Positions 16,544 to 25,520 of a DNA stretch of 43,018 nucleotides are shown here, one piece after another. The translations under genes were made by a program, and so were the position numbers. Every line of letters begins with the position of its first letter. Positions within the stretch are counted from its first letter, which is position 1. Source of the DNA: Candidatus Uhrbacteria bacterium (lineage in GTDB: Bacteria > Patescibacteriota > Patescibacteriia > JACQRZ01); contig JACQSA010000030.1 of NCBI GenBank assembly GCA_016206145.1, positions 1 to 43,018 on the forward strand. Reading direction: 5' to 3'. Below the pieces are notes generated by a model, which saw only the letters and a program-made list of their open reading frames with translations, did no database searches and was not told where the DNA came from.

Positions 16544-19500
16544 ATGCGTAGACGAACTTTTTTTGTTTTTAATATAATCACGATCATGAGTTTGGTTGTG
16601 AGCTTGGCACTACCGCCAAGTGCATTAGCGCAATTTGCACCTCCTCCTGGCGGTGGCGGCGGTTCTCCTCCTCCTGGCGGTGGATCTCCACCCCCTTCTG
16701 GTGGCAGTTTTGTGCCACCTCCATCAGGTGGCGGAACCGCTCCTTCAGGAAATTTTAGCGGTCCTCCCCCTGGTGGTGATCTCGGCGGAAGTCATCCAGG
16801 TGGTCAATCGAATTTAGGCGGAACACCCCCAAGCGGCGGACAGTCAAATCTTGGCGGTACCCCCCCTGGCGGTCAACAAGGTGGCCTTGATGGGCAGATG
16901 CCCGGAGGTAATCTCGGTGGCACACCCCCATCAGGCGGTTTGGGCGGGAATCCTCCGAGTGGACAACAAGGTCAGCAACCAGGAGGTCTTAGTGGACAAA
17001 CCCCAGGTGGACAATCAAATCTTGGAGGTACTCCTCCAACAGGTGGTCAGCAAGGACAACAAGGTCAACTCGGTCAAGGTAGCCAAAAGCCGGGTCAACA
17101 GGGCCAATCAGGACAATTAGGCAAACCAGGTGAAGGCGGTCAATTTCCAGGTCAAGGTGCGACACAAGGTCAATTCCCTGGTGGCGGCGCTACTGATAGC
17201 AAATTCCCCGGTCAGGGTGGACAGACGGGCTCTATCGGTACTACCCCCGGCGGTCAACAGCAAGGTGGTCAGCTAGGCAAACCTGGCGAAACAGGCCAGT
17301 TTCCTGGTGGCAGTGCTGCAGAAGGTAAATTCCCTGGACAAGGAGCAACTCAGGGAGAATTTCCAGGTGGTCCCGGCGGATCTCAGGGTCAAACAGGCAA
17401 ACCCGGCGAAACAGGCCAGTTTCCTGGACAAGGATCTACTGAAGGCCAGTTTCCCGGCAAAGGCGCAGGACAATCAGCATTCTCACAATTCAAGCTAGAG
17501 CCATGCGCTGAAGGTCAATCAAGCACAAGAGAACAGCCATGTATTTTCCGTCCCAAAGTTGAAGTGAAACAAGATTTTGCGCATACCTTAGAAGGAGAGA
17601 AAACCCGAGATTTGGGACAAAATGTGCTTGGCTCACTCGGGCAACTGGAACGCATAAAAGGCGTAGATAATGCTCAAAGACAAGCATTCGCAGAAAGAGG
17701 CGATAAACTCCAAGAATTACAGAAAAAAGCTCTCTCTGGAGATCAGGACGCAAAGGCTCAATTTGAAGCGGAAGCGAAAAGTTTTCAGTCAGACGTTGCT
17801 CAGGCAGTCCCTACCACAAAACTCGTTGATTCTTTTCTTAAAGATTTTTCAGATCAATCAAAGTCTGCGAAGAGTTTTTTTGGCGGACCGCAGCAACAGG
17901 GTCAATTCCCCGGACAAGGAACAACGCAAGGTAAATTCCCAGGTCAGGGCGCGACAGAAGGTAAATTTCCTGGAGGAGCACAGGCTCAAAAGGGCGGAAC
18001 GCAGGGTGCTACCCCCTTTCCTTCTTTTGATCAGGGATTTCAGTTTGCCGCAGATGCGCAGATTGGCCAGAAATATGCCCAGAAAGCAAAAACAGCTTGC
18101 GCAACAGATCAGGCATCTGAAGAGTGTACAGGGTTTATCAATAAGATGACCCAGTATAATAAATCTGATGAAATTAAATTCCAACAAGGTAACTTTAAAG
18201 ACTTGAGTGAAAGTCAAATTACCGCGAACTTAGAAAAAAATCAGGCAAAAGGCGAACTTCTTACGTCAGGATTTCAGAAGCTTCAAGAAAGTTTTGGTTT
18301 TAAGCCACCGGAAAAGGATAAAAAACTCGTAAGCAGCTTTAGCTCTTCGCTCGGCAAATCACTTGAAGGGCATGAACAAGGGAATCAAGCTGGTTTTGAA
18401 AAAGGCGCGAAAGAACTCGGCACCTTTAATTCCCAGCTCTCTGAGCGGTTTTCCTGGTTTGCACAAGGCGCTCCCCCCCCATCGTTTCAAATAAATGAGG
18501 AGATGCAGCGCACACAAGCGAACCTGTCCTTTAGTTCAAAGGCTCTTGAGCTCGCATCGAAATGGAAAGTGAAGGCGCCTACTTCGCTTGCAAAGACAAC
18601 TGAAGATGCGACAAAGTTGGTATCGGCAGTACAAACAGGCACTGAGCTAAATGATACCTCTCTTCTTGCTCCTGCATTTGATTATATGCAACAGAGCGGA
18701 GATAGTATGGAAACAGACATGGGTAAAATTTTCCAAGATGTTGGCAAAAAACAGTTTGGCCAGCATTTGGATACGCAGCGAGGAGAAGCGGGCGGAGTCT
18801 TTAAGGCAATGCAAGGATTTTCAAGTCAGATACCAAAAGCATTCCAAAAGACATGGAATGAAGGGTTGAAACAGGCACAAGCCTCTCTCACTACCGCTTC
18901 CAAAGCTGATAAAAAAGGAGACGCGCAAGCTGAAGAGGAAGGGTTATCGCAGAGTTTTGCTGCCGGAGCGAACCTTAAACGTTTGGCAGAAAAGTTTAAT
19001 GTGGACCTTCCTGAAGAAGTTGATAGTTTCTTTGAGAAACCAGAAGTACCAGGATTACAGGATAAATTCGATGATGATACAAAAGTAGGAGAAGCAGCGA
19101 GCGCAGTATTAGGTAAACTCCCTCCTGGTGCTGTCTTTGCGGCACAAAAAATGTTTGCTCAGATGGATCCTGCAACGTTATCTCTGATGGCACAAGCGCA
19201 CAATGAAAATCCTGATGCGTTACAGGAAGTGGTACAGCGCGGAGCATGGTTGCCGGAGAAAGCTCAGGTAGCTGTATTGAAGGGACAGATAGAAGTGCAG
19301 GATGTCGTCAATAAAGTTGAGGAAGAGATCGCTTCCATAGAAGAGGATCTGGAAGTCGAACTTAGTCCGGCGTTGAAACAAAAAGTTGAAGAAAAATTAG
19401 CGGATCTCTCTGATGATCTATTGCCAGAAGGGTCAAATGCAGCTGCGCAGGAATTACTTGGAGCTGTTCGGATACAACTTGCGGAAGTCGAAGATCCAAT

Positions 19501-20002
19501 AGAAGCAGAAGCATATCTTGAAACGCTTGTGGCAAATGTCGATCCTCTTCTTGAGTCTGCTGATGCGGAAAAATTTGAACTCGGCTATGTGCCGGCAAAG
19601 AATATTTCCGAAGATAATCCTCTCTACGATGACGGGATGGCATTGAAAGAAGGCGGAGACCTTAAGCCTCTTACCGGAAAGGATGGTAAGATCAATTACA
19701 CCAAGAATATTTCGAGAAATGAATATAAGAATTTCTTCAATGAGGTGGTTGACAAAAAGATTGCTCCTCCCAAGGGCCGTGGGACACCAAAAAAAGGCGA
19801 CGTACTTAAAGCCGGGTTGGCAGCGTTCGTCGGGTCTGATGTGCCAAAAGATCCAAACGAGCTTGTTGGGCTCGCAGAAACTTTTGGTGTGGAGAATATT
19901 AAGCCAGAGGATTTGGGTAAACCCGCAACTATTGGTGATTGCATAGAAATATTTGGCAGTTTCAAGCAGGAAACTCCCACACTTGTTACCGCAACAAAGT
20001 AA
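16544..20002 (+). CDS. Large secreted or anchored protein: N-terminal hydrophobic segment, ~450 aa of Gly/Pro/Gln low-complexity repeats, ~700-aa charged, probably helical C-terminal region
   Basis: 1152 aa. NLGGTPP occurs four times and an [QKE]FPG[QGK]G motif about eleven times. Near-identical 30-bp DNA units (e.g. 17277-17310 vs 17397-17430). Confidence 0.8.
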   Translation: MRRRTFFVFNIITIMSLVVSLALPPSALAQFAPPPGGGGGSPPPGGGSPPPSGGSFVPPPSGGGTAPSGNFSGPPPGGDLGGSHPGGQSNLGGTPPSGGQSNLGGTPPGGQQGGLDGQMPGGNLGGTPPSGGLGGNPPSGQQGQQPGGLSGQTPGGQSNLGGTPPTGGQQGQQGQLGQGSQKPGQQGQSGQLGKPGEGGQFPGQGATQGQFPGGGATDSKFPGQGGQTGSIGTTPGGQQQGGQLGKPGETGQFPGGSAAEGKFPGQGATQGEFPGGPGGSQGQTGKPGETGQFPGQGSTEGQFPGKGAGQSAFSQFKLEPCAEGQSSTREQPCIFRPKVEVKQDFAHTLEGEKTRDLGQNVLGSLGQLERIKGVDNAQRQAFAERGDKLQELQKKALSGDQDAKAQFEAEAKSFQSDVAQAVPTTKLVDSFLKDFSDQSKSAKSFFGGPQQQGQFPGQGTTQGKFPGQGATEGKFPGGAQAQKGGTQGATPFPSFDQGFQFAADAQIGQKYAQKAKTACATDQASEECTGFINKMTQYNKSDEIKFQQGNFKDLSESQITANLEKNQAKGELLTSGFQKLQESFGFKPPEKDKKLVSSFSSSLGKSLEGHEQGNQAGFEKGAKELGTFNSQLSERFSWFAQGAPPPSFQINEEMQRTQANLSFSSKALELASKWKVKAPTSLAKTTEDATKLVSAVQTGTELNDTSLLAPAFDYMQQSGDSMETDMGKIFQDVGKKQFGQHLDTQRGEAGGVFKAMQGFSSQIPKAFQKTWNEGLKQAQASLTTASKADKKGDAQAEEEGLSQSFAAGANLKRLAEKFNVDLPEEVDSFFEKPEVPGLQDKFDDDTKVGEAASAVLGKLPPGAVFAAQKMFAQMDPATLSLMAQAHNENPDALQEVVQRGAWLPEKAQVAVLKGQIEVQDVVNKVEEEIASIEEDLEVELSPALKQKVEEKLADLSDDLLPEGSNAAAQELLGAVRIQLAEVEDPIEAEAYLETLVANVDPLLESADAEKFELGYVPAKNISEDNPLYDDGMALKEGGDLKPLTGKDGKINYTKNISRNEYKNFFNEVVDKKIAPPKGRGTPKKGDVLKAGLAAFVGSDVPKDPNELVGLAETFGVENIKPEDLGKPATIGDCIEIFGSFKQETPTLVTATK

Positions 20003-20041
20003 CATTGATTGCTTTGGAGGCACACGGCGAGTGACCAAAAA

Positions 20042-20067
20042 ACCCCTACCTCTTGGTGGGGGTTTTT
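20042..20067 (+). terminator. Intrinsic terminator ACCCCTACC-TCTT-GGTGGGGGT plus T-run, flanked by an A-run (potentially bidirectional)
   Basis: 9-bp stem (one G-U pair), 4-nt loop and T5, 40 nt after the stop of the 1152-aa gene. Confidence 0.7.
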
Positions 20068-20081
20068 GATATACTGTTGTC

Positions 20082-21464
20082 ATGTCGAAACGAAAAAAAA
20101 TTATCGAAAAGGTGGCAGAGGCGCCTGCGATTGTGTTAGAAAAAGCAGTGGAAGGCGCTCGGTCGTTGGCAAAGGATGTTGGCAACAAACGTCCCCTCAA
20201 AGGAGCACGAAGTTTTTGGCATATGCTCGGACCGGGGCTTACCACGGGCGCATCAGACGACGATCCTGCGGGCATTGCGACCTATTCCCAAGCAGGTGCG
20301 CGGTATGGCAACCAGCTTCTCTGGCTTGCGGGATTTACCTTTCCTCTGATGGCGCTCGTGCAAGAAATGTGCGCACGCATCGGACTCGTTACCGGCAAAG
20401 GCCTTGCGGCCAATATACGCCAATACTTTCCTCGTTGGGTGCTCATCACGTCTACCACATTGTTATTTGCCGCAAACACTTTCAATCTAGGAGCTGATCT
20501 TGGCGCGATGGCAAACGCGGTACAATTGTTGCTTCCCACAGCAGATTTTACTTTTTTGGTGATTTGTTTTGCGGGAATGAGCCTTTTGCTTCAGATTTTT
20601 AGCACTTACGCGCGCTACGCAAAATATTTGAAATATTTGACCATGTTTCTTTTTGCGTATGTGTTTTCCGCTCTTCTTATTCGGGGACTTGATTGGCATG
20701 CGGTTTTTCTTTCTGCGATTACTCCCATTACCACATTTTCAAGGGATCAAATTATTCTGATTTGCGGCATTTTAGGGACAACCATTTCTCCTTATCTTTT
20801 TTTCTGGCAAACATCTCAGGAAGTGGAAGAAGAGATATTGCAAGGCAACACTACGCTTGCCAAACGACAGGGAGCGACCAATGAGGAGATTCGTCACATG
20901 AGGATTGATGTATGGGTGGGTATGTTTTTTTCAAATCTTGTGATGTTTTTCATTATTGTCGCGTGCGCGGGCACCTTGTTTCCTCAAGGCATTACCACAA
21001 TCCAGACTGCAGCCGATGCGGCAAAAGCGCTTCAACCTTTTGCAGGTAATGCAAGTTATCTTTTTTTTGCTCTTGGCATTATTGGGACAGGCCTTTTGGC
21101 AGTGCCGGTACTTGCCGGATCTGCTTCATATGCAGTTGCAGAAAGTTTCGGATGGAAGCAAGGCTTATTCTACAAGCTGAACCAAGCCTATGCGTTCTAT
21201 GGGGTGCTCATCATCGCTATGATTATTGGTCTTCTTCTGAATTTTGTAGGTATTGATCCGATCAAAGCGCTTTTATATTCGGCAGTTGTAAACGGAATCA
21301 TCGCGCCTCTTGTGTTGGTTCTTATCATTTTGATTAGCAGGGACAAAAAAATCATGGGTGCATGGCAGAGCGGTCTCGTAACACAGGCGTGTGCGTGGAT
21401 TATTACGATTTTGATGGGAGTTGCAGGTCTTGCAACAATTGCGGCCCTATTGCCTTTCTCTTGA
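20082..21464 (+). CDS. mntH: NRAMP-family divalent metal (Mn/Fe) transporter
   Basis: 460 aa polytopic. GPGLTTGASDDDPAGIATYSQAGA signature. Confidence 0.9.
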   Translation: MSKRKKIIEKVAEAPAIVLEKAVEGARSLAKDVGNKRPLKGARSFWHMLGPGLTTGASDDDPAGIATYSQAGARYGNQLLWLAGFTFPLMALVQEMCARIGLVTGKGLAANIRQYFPRWVLITSTTLLFAANTFNLGADLGAMANAVQLLLPTADFTFLVICFAGMSLLLQIFSTYARYAKYLKYLTMFLFAYVFSALLIRGLDWHAVFLSAITPITTFSRDQIILICGILGTTISPYLFFWQTSQEVEEEILQGNTTLAKRQGATNEEIRHMRIDVWVGMFFSNLVMFFIIVACAGTLFPQGITTIQTAADAAKALQPFAGNASYLFFALGIIGTGLLAVPVLAGSASYAVAESFGWKQGLFYKLNQAYAFYGVLIIAMIIGLLLNFVGIDPIKALLYSAVVNGIIAPLVLVLIILISRDKKIMGAWQSGLVTQACAWIITILMGVAGLATIAALLPFS

Positions 21465-21514
21465 CGCGCACCGTCGGTATCGGTAATAATAGAAAGTCGA
21501 TTACAATATATTTC

Positions 21515-21589
21515 GCGGGTATCGTATAATGGTTATTATGTCAGTTTTCCAAACTGAAAATGGGAGTTCGATTCTCCCTACCCGCTCCA
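21515..21589 (+). tRNA. tRNA-Gly (anticodon UCC), CCA encoded
   Basis: Cloverleaf folded by hand. Acceptor GCGGGTA/TACCCGC, anticodon arm TCAGT-TTTCCAA-ACTGA, T arm GGGAG-TTCGATT-CTCCC, discriminator U. Confidence 0.9.
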
Positions 21590-21624
21590 GAATAAAACTA
21601 CTTGATTTTTTGAACGCCATTTCG

Positions 21625-21647
21625 TGGGCGGCCGCAACGGCCGCCCA
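21625..21647 (+). terminator. GC-rich 10-bp hairpin TGGGCGGCCG-CAA-CGGCCGCCCA downstream of tRNA-Gly
   Basis: Perfect inverted repeat read directly. Only a weak T-run follows. Sits just outside the IS256-like left end. Confidence 0.4.
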
Positions 21648-21658
21648 TTGAATTTGGA

Positions 21659-22907
21659 GACTGTATAATAAAGTGTGTCTGATATAATCAAATACATATA
21701 ACCCTTACTAGAGAAAATTATGCCACAATACAACAAAGTATTGGAAAGTAGCCTCAAGAACTTAAGAAGCTCGATGACCGGACTCTCACTGGATCAATTC
21801 TTAGCCTCAACTATTGATTCCCTCATGGAGATAGAACGAGGAGAATATCTGGAACAAGCAAAAAGGAATGACAAAGGAAATGGATTTTATGGGAGAGCGT
21901 TTAACTCACTCAGTAAGAATTGTTTAAAAATTAACGTGCCTCGCACGCGTAGTGGAGGGTTTAGCCCTGACACCTTGGAACTGGTAAAAATCAGCCAAGA
22001 ACAGGTGAATGAACTCTGTTTGTCTCTGTATAAAAAAGGTATGACCTCACGAGACATTTCCGAACTCATCAAAGAGCTGTTTGGTGAAGGCGTAAGCGCC
22101 ACTAAGATTACCAACCTTTCCAAAGTGTTTCATCAATTCAGAATGGCATGGGAGCAGAGTCAATTGGAGGCTCATTATCTTGTCATGTTCTGTGATTGTA
22201 TCTTCATCACCGTTCGAAGAGGTGACAGTTATTACGAGAAGCTGTCTATGTGGCGTATGGAGTCAGAGAAGACCTAAAACGTGAGCTTTTAGCCCTTTCC
22301 ATCAATCCTACCGAGTCAGCCTCTGAATGGAGAGAACAATGGGAACTATTGTTGAAACGAGGCGTACAAACCATTGATCTCATTGTCGCTGATGGCCTCT
22401 CGGGATTAGAGCAAGAAGTACATCGCGTGTTCCCCGGCAGTACATTTCAAAAATGTGTCGTACATAAAATGAGAAACATTTTAAACAAAACAAGGCCACA
22501 GGATAAACATGAAATGGCAAAAAATCTTAAAGAGATCTTTGAGAACTTTGGCAGTGAGGCAACGATAGAAAACGCTCTTGCTAAGATAGAGGCTGTGTGT
22601 GATAAATGGCATGATCGGTATCCTCATCTTAAACGATTTTTTAATGAAGAAACGACTGAGTATTATTTCACGTATATACAGTTTAGTCCGAGAGTACGAA
22701 GGATGATTTATACAACGAATAGTATAGAAAACGTAAACCGGGTGATTCGCAAAGCTACGAAGAATAAATTATCTTTTGAAAGCCCTGACACGCTACTTGA
22801 TTACGTTTTTATGGTGATAAAAGAATTTGAAGAAAAAAACTTTATGAAATATCCCGTACAAGATTTTACATACTTTAAGCTACCCCAGACACAATTAATT
22901 TGACAGT
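21659..22907 (+). mobile_element. IS256-family (Mutator-type) insertion sequence, ~1.25 kb
   Basis: Imperfect terminal inverted repeats: ..CTGTATAATAAAGTGTGTCTG (21661-21681) vs the reverse complement of CAGACACAATTAATTTGACAG (22886-22906), about 16/21 matches. Transposase inside. No target-site duplication visible. Confidence 0.75.
21720..22903 (+). pseudogene. IS256-family transposase split into two frames (21720-22277 and 22250-22903)
   Basis: Frame 0 reads ..RRGDSYYEK and the -1 frame continues AVYVAYGVREDLKRELLAL, matching the usual contiguous IS256 transposase. The shift lies near 22239-22241 with no slippery heptamer. Confidence 0.8.
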
Positions 22908-22941
22908 TCCCTTTTTTGAGCTGTTCGAGGAGCTCACGTTG
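22905..22941. repeat. Direct repeat copy A (~37 bp), identical to the last codons of the dnaJ fragment
   Basis: TTTTTTGAGCTGTTCGAGGAGCTCACGTTG matches 25299-25328 with one mismatch over 30 bp, plus flanking AGT(T)CCC. Confidence 0.8.
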
Positions 22942-22946
22942 ATTCT

Positions 22947-25187
22947 TTATTCCTCCCTGACAAAGCTGGTTGTGAATGATGGAAGTGGGGGTTTTTCCAT
23001 TTCTTGCCATTTCTCGTCTGTAAGTCGATCACTGAGGGGTTGTTTGAATTCGTAATAAGAAAAAAGCGGACCGGACGCATAGTACAACTCACCCCCATTT
23101 TTTACAACGACGAGAAGTCGAAATGGCTTGCCAATACCCTCCTCAAGAACCTGCGAACTGTTTCCATCAGTATGTACGTCGGCAATAACATCGATCTTCT
23201 CATCTGTTCCTGAAGCAATCTTTTCTGTCTCTTCAGATGAGAAGTCAACCAACGTCGCAAGCGTACCTCCAATCTCTCTAATATATTTATACTCATCCGC
23301 ACCGAGAGCCCGATTTGTTAATTCCTTTTCAGCAATGCCTTTTAAGGTAGTATTTACTTGCTCCAATTCATTTAATTTCTTGACGTATTCCTCTGACAAC
23401 AAATTTCTGTTGCTCAGATCTTCATTCATATATTCCGCAAGAGCTGCGAGGCGACCATATACCTCGGGGTTTGGTTCTACGTACCCTCGATCTTTTTTGG
23501 GAGGTTTGACAAAGTCCTGTCCACCTGGAGCTGCTCCTGCTCCAAAAGTATAACTCTGCTTAGCATACAATATGGTATCGTGACGCAATTCTGTCCATGA
23601 ACCCAGAAAACTATTTAGATCTTTATCACGCCAGCTTTGCTGTTGCATAAAAATAGGATATCCAACCCCTTTTATGCTTAGGGTTGGAAGAAGCGCATAC
23701 AACCAATTCCAATACAGGTTCTCTGCGTACTGTTCTTGAGGGAGTGTTAAAAATTCATCACGTAATTTCGCGGCTACTACGGCATAGTTTGTGTATGCGG
23801 AATCCTTCTCTCCCTCAAGAATTGCAGCAGCTCTTTTTGAGCCAAGCACTGCCGCAACATCAAGACCGCGTGGAAATCCCCTGACTATCCCGGCTTGGGA
23901 TTGTACTGCGGTGAAAGGCCGTGGATCGTTGCCAGTATAATTAGTAACCTTTGGATAGACAAGATTTTGGAACATATAGGAATCAGGAATGAATCGCTGC
24001 CCCATAAATCGAAATGCTTTTGTTGCGCTTTGTGCATTTTGCGTATCCTGTATAAAAGAAGAGGTAATTTTTGGCGAAGGTAATTTTTTCGTTTCCTCGA
24101 TAAATTGATCAATTTTTTTATTATCTAGAAGAACTGTAGTAGCGTCTTTAGAATCTGCGAAAATCGTTTGACCAATACCTGAGTAATCAGCAATAGTCAA
24201 ATCGTCGCTTTTGCCGACAAAGAAAACTGTCGGCTGATATATATCCTTCCACACATCAATGGCATCTTTTTCATCAATTTTTGTATTATTCATCCAACCA
24301 ACAAGTAAGATTGCAGCACGTGTTTCATCTCGTGTTTGGGCTTGATCATCCAATGCATTGCGAAATTGCATCCGCCCATACCACATCATAGTCTTAAAAT
24401 ATCTCTGAAAATCTTCGTTCCGCGTATAGTGCCCGCGTGGAGTATACTGACTGTAATCTTCATCATATCCAAAAATAGGTGATGCTTGCATGCGATTATG
24501 CCAACTAATCAGGTCGATCTCTTGATTGACTTTATCTGCTACAAAGGCTGGTGGCTCGTAATCTGGATTTAATAATTTCTGTGCCACAGCAAGATATGCA
24601 ATATCTTTCTCGGCTATTTGCTTCAAGCCGGTGCTTTGCAATGTCTTATAATCTCCAAGTGCTGTTCCCAATAAAGCTGCTGTCAGCTGTTTGATTTCCG
24701 GATAAAATTTATTTATCTCAACATGTCGTAGAGAAAAATCATACAAGATATGGAAAGCGTGAAGAATCGAATCTGTAGTAACAAAATTTGGATGATTGCC
24801 CGTCTCATCATATGTGTAGAGATCAGTCATCGTGTCGCTATACGTTGGTGTTGCAACAAATCCATTTTTCGTGAGCAATGTCCGCGCGGCATCACTGACG
24901 GCATATTCACTTTTATTTGCAAGTTTTTCTAAATCAACAGGTAATGAATAGCTTTCTGCAGATGGCGTGATAGAAGAAGGATTCGGTGTATAGGCAGCAA
25001 ATTCAGTCTGAAGTGATGCTTTGATGAGAGGAAAATTCTCTTGGATAATTGGTTCTGGTTTTGGTAAAGGGGCTGGCTTGGCACCTCCCTGGCCTGCATT
25101 GAATAAATACCATACCCCCACGCCAATAAAGGCTAGAATCAAGGTGCTCACTACCATACCTCCAATAAGTGGAATTTTTTTATTCAT
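22947..25187 (-). CDS. N-terminally anchored large protein, DUF3160-like (family recalled from memory)
   Basis: The track ORF is 771 aa. The likely start is MNKKIPLIGGMVVSTLILAFIGVGVWYLF at 25187. Motifs YTPRGHYTRNEDFQRYF and FRFMGQRFIPDSYMFQ. Confidence 0.75.
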   Translation of the reverse strand: MNKKIPLIGGMVVSTLILAFIGVGVWYLFNAGQGGAKPAPLPKPEPIIQENFPLIKASLQTEFAAYTPNPSSITPSAESYSLPVDLEKLANKSEYAVSDAARTLLTKNGFVATPTYSDTMTDLYTYDETGNHPNFVTTDSILHAFHILYDFSLRHVEINKFYPEIKQLTAALLGTALGDYKTLQSTGLKQIAEKDIAYLAVAQKLLNPDYEPPAFVADKVNQEIDLISWHNRMQASPIFGYDEDYSQYTPRGHYTRNEDFQRYFKTMMWYGRMQFRNALDDQAQTRDETRAAILLVGWMNNTKIDEKDAIDVWKDIYQPTVFFVGKSDDLTIADYSGIGQTIFADSKDATTVLLDNKKIDQFIEETKKLPSPKITSSFIQDTQNAQSATKAFRFMGQRFIPDSYMFQNLVYPKVTNYTGNDPRPFTAVQSQAGIVRGFPRGLDVAAVLGSKRAAAILEGEKDSAYTNYAVVAAKLRDEFLTLPQEQYAENLYWNWLYALLPTLSIKGVGYPIFMQQQSWRDKDLNSFLGSWTELRHDTILYAKQSYTFGAGAAPGGQDFVKPPKKDRGYVEPNPEVYGRLAALAEYMNEDLSNRNLLSEEYVKKLNELEQVNTTLKGIAEKELTNRALGADEYKYIREIGGTLATLVDFSSEETEKIASGTDEKIDVIADVHTDGNSSQVLEEGIGKPFRLLVVVKNGGELYYASGPLFSYYEFKQPLSDRLTDEKWQEMEKPPLPSFTTSFVREE

Positions 25188-25286
25188 GCGTGTATACCAA
25201 ATAAAAATTAGACTCAACCAAAAAATCGTGTTCTCTTTTCTGGACACGAGTATAGCACACAAGGCACGATTCAGACAGTGTACAAA

Positions 25287-25520
25287 TTAGAGTCCCTCTT
25301 TTTTGAGCTGTTCGAGAAGCTCACGTTGTTTTTTTGAAATAGACTTCGGCGTCAACACAATCACCTTGAGTAGTAGATCCCCTCTTCCTTTTTTCTGGAG
25401 ATAGGGTACCCCGAGATGAGCAAGTCTGATCAATTGTCCGCTTTGGATGCCTGTGGGAATATTCACCTCCATAGGACCATCAAATGTATCCAGTGTAACC
25501 TTGTCGCCAAGCACACTTTG
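25287..25520 (-). pseudogene. dnaJ: 3' fragment (about 77 codons) of a DnaJ/CbpA-type co-chaperone gene, truncated by the IS3-family element
   Basis: VLGDKVTLDTFDGPMEVNIPTGIQSGQLIRLAHLGVPYLQKKGRGDLLLKVIVLTPKSISKKQRELLEQL matches the DnaJ C-terminal domain II pattern. The upstream part of track ORF 25287-25751 is only the antisense of IS3 orfA. Confidence 0.7.
25291..25328. repeat. Direct repeat copy B (partner of 22905-22941)
   Basis: See copy A. Same orientation; the pair brackets the DUF3160-like gene. Confidence 0.8.

Noticed and set aside
16600-17500. Highly repetitive DNA that could be mistaken for a CRISPR array or a non-coding tandem repeat.
   Set aside because: The repeats are in frame within one long ORF, are imperfect, and have no unique spacers of constant length. 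They encode the Gly/Pro/Gln repeats. No CRISPR-like array was seen anywhere in the window.
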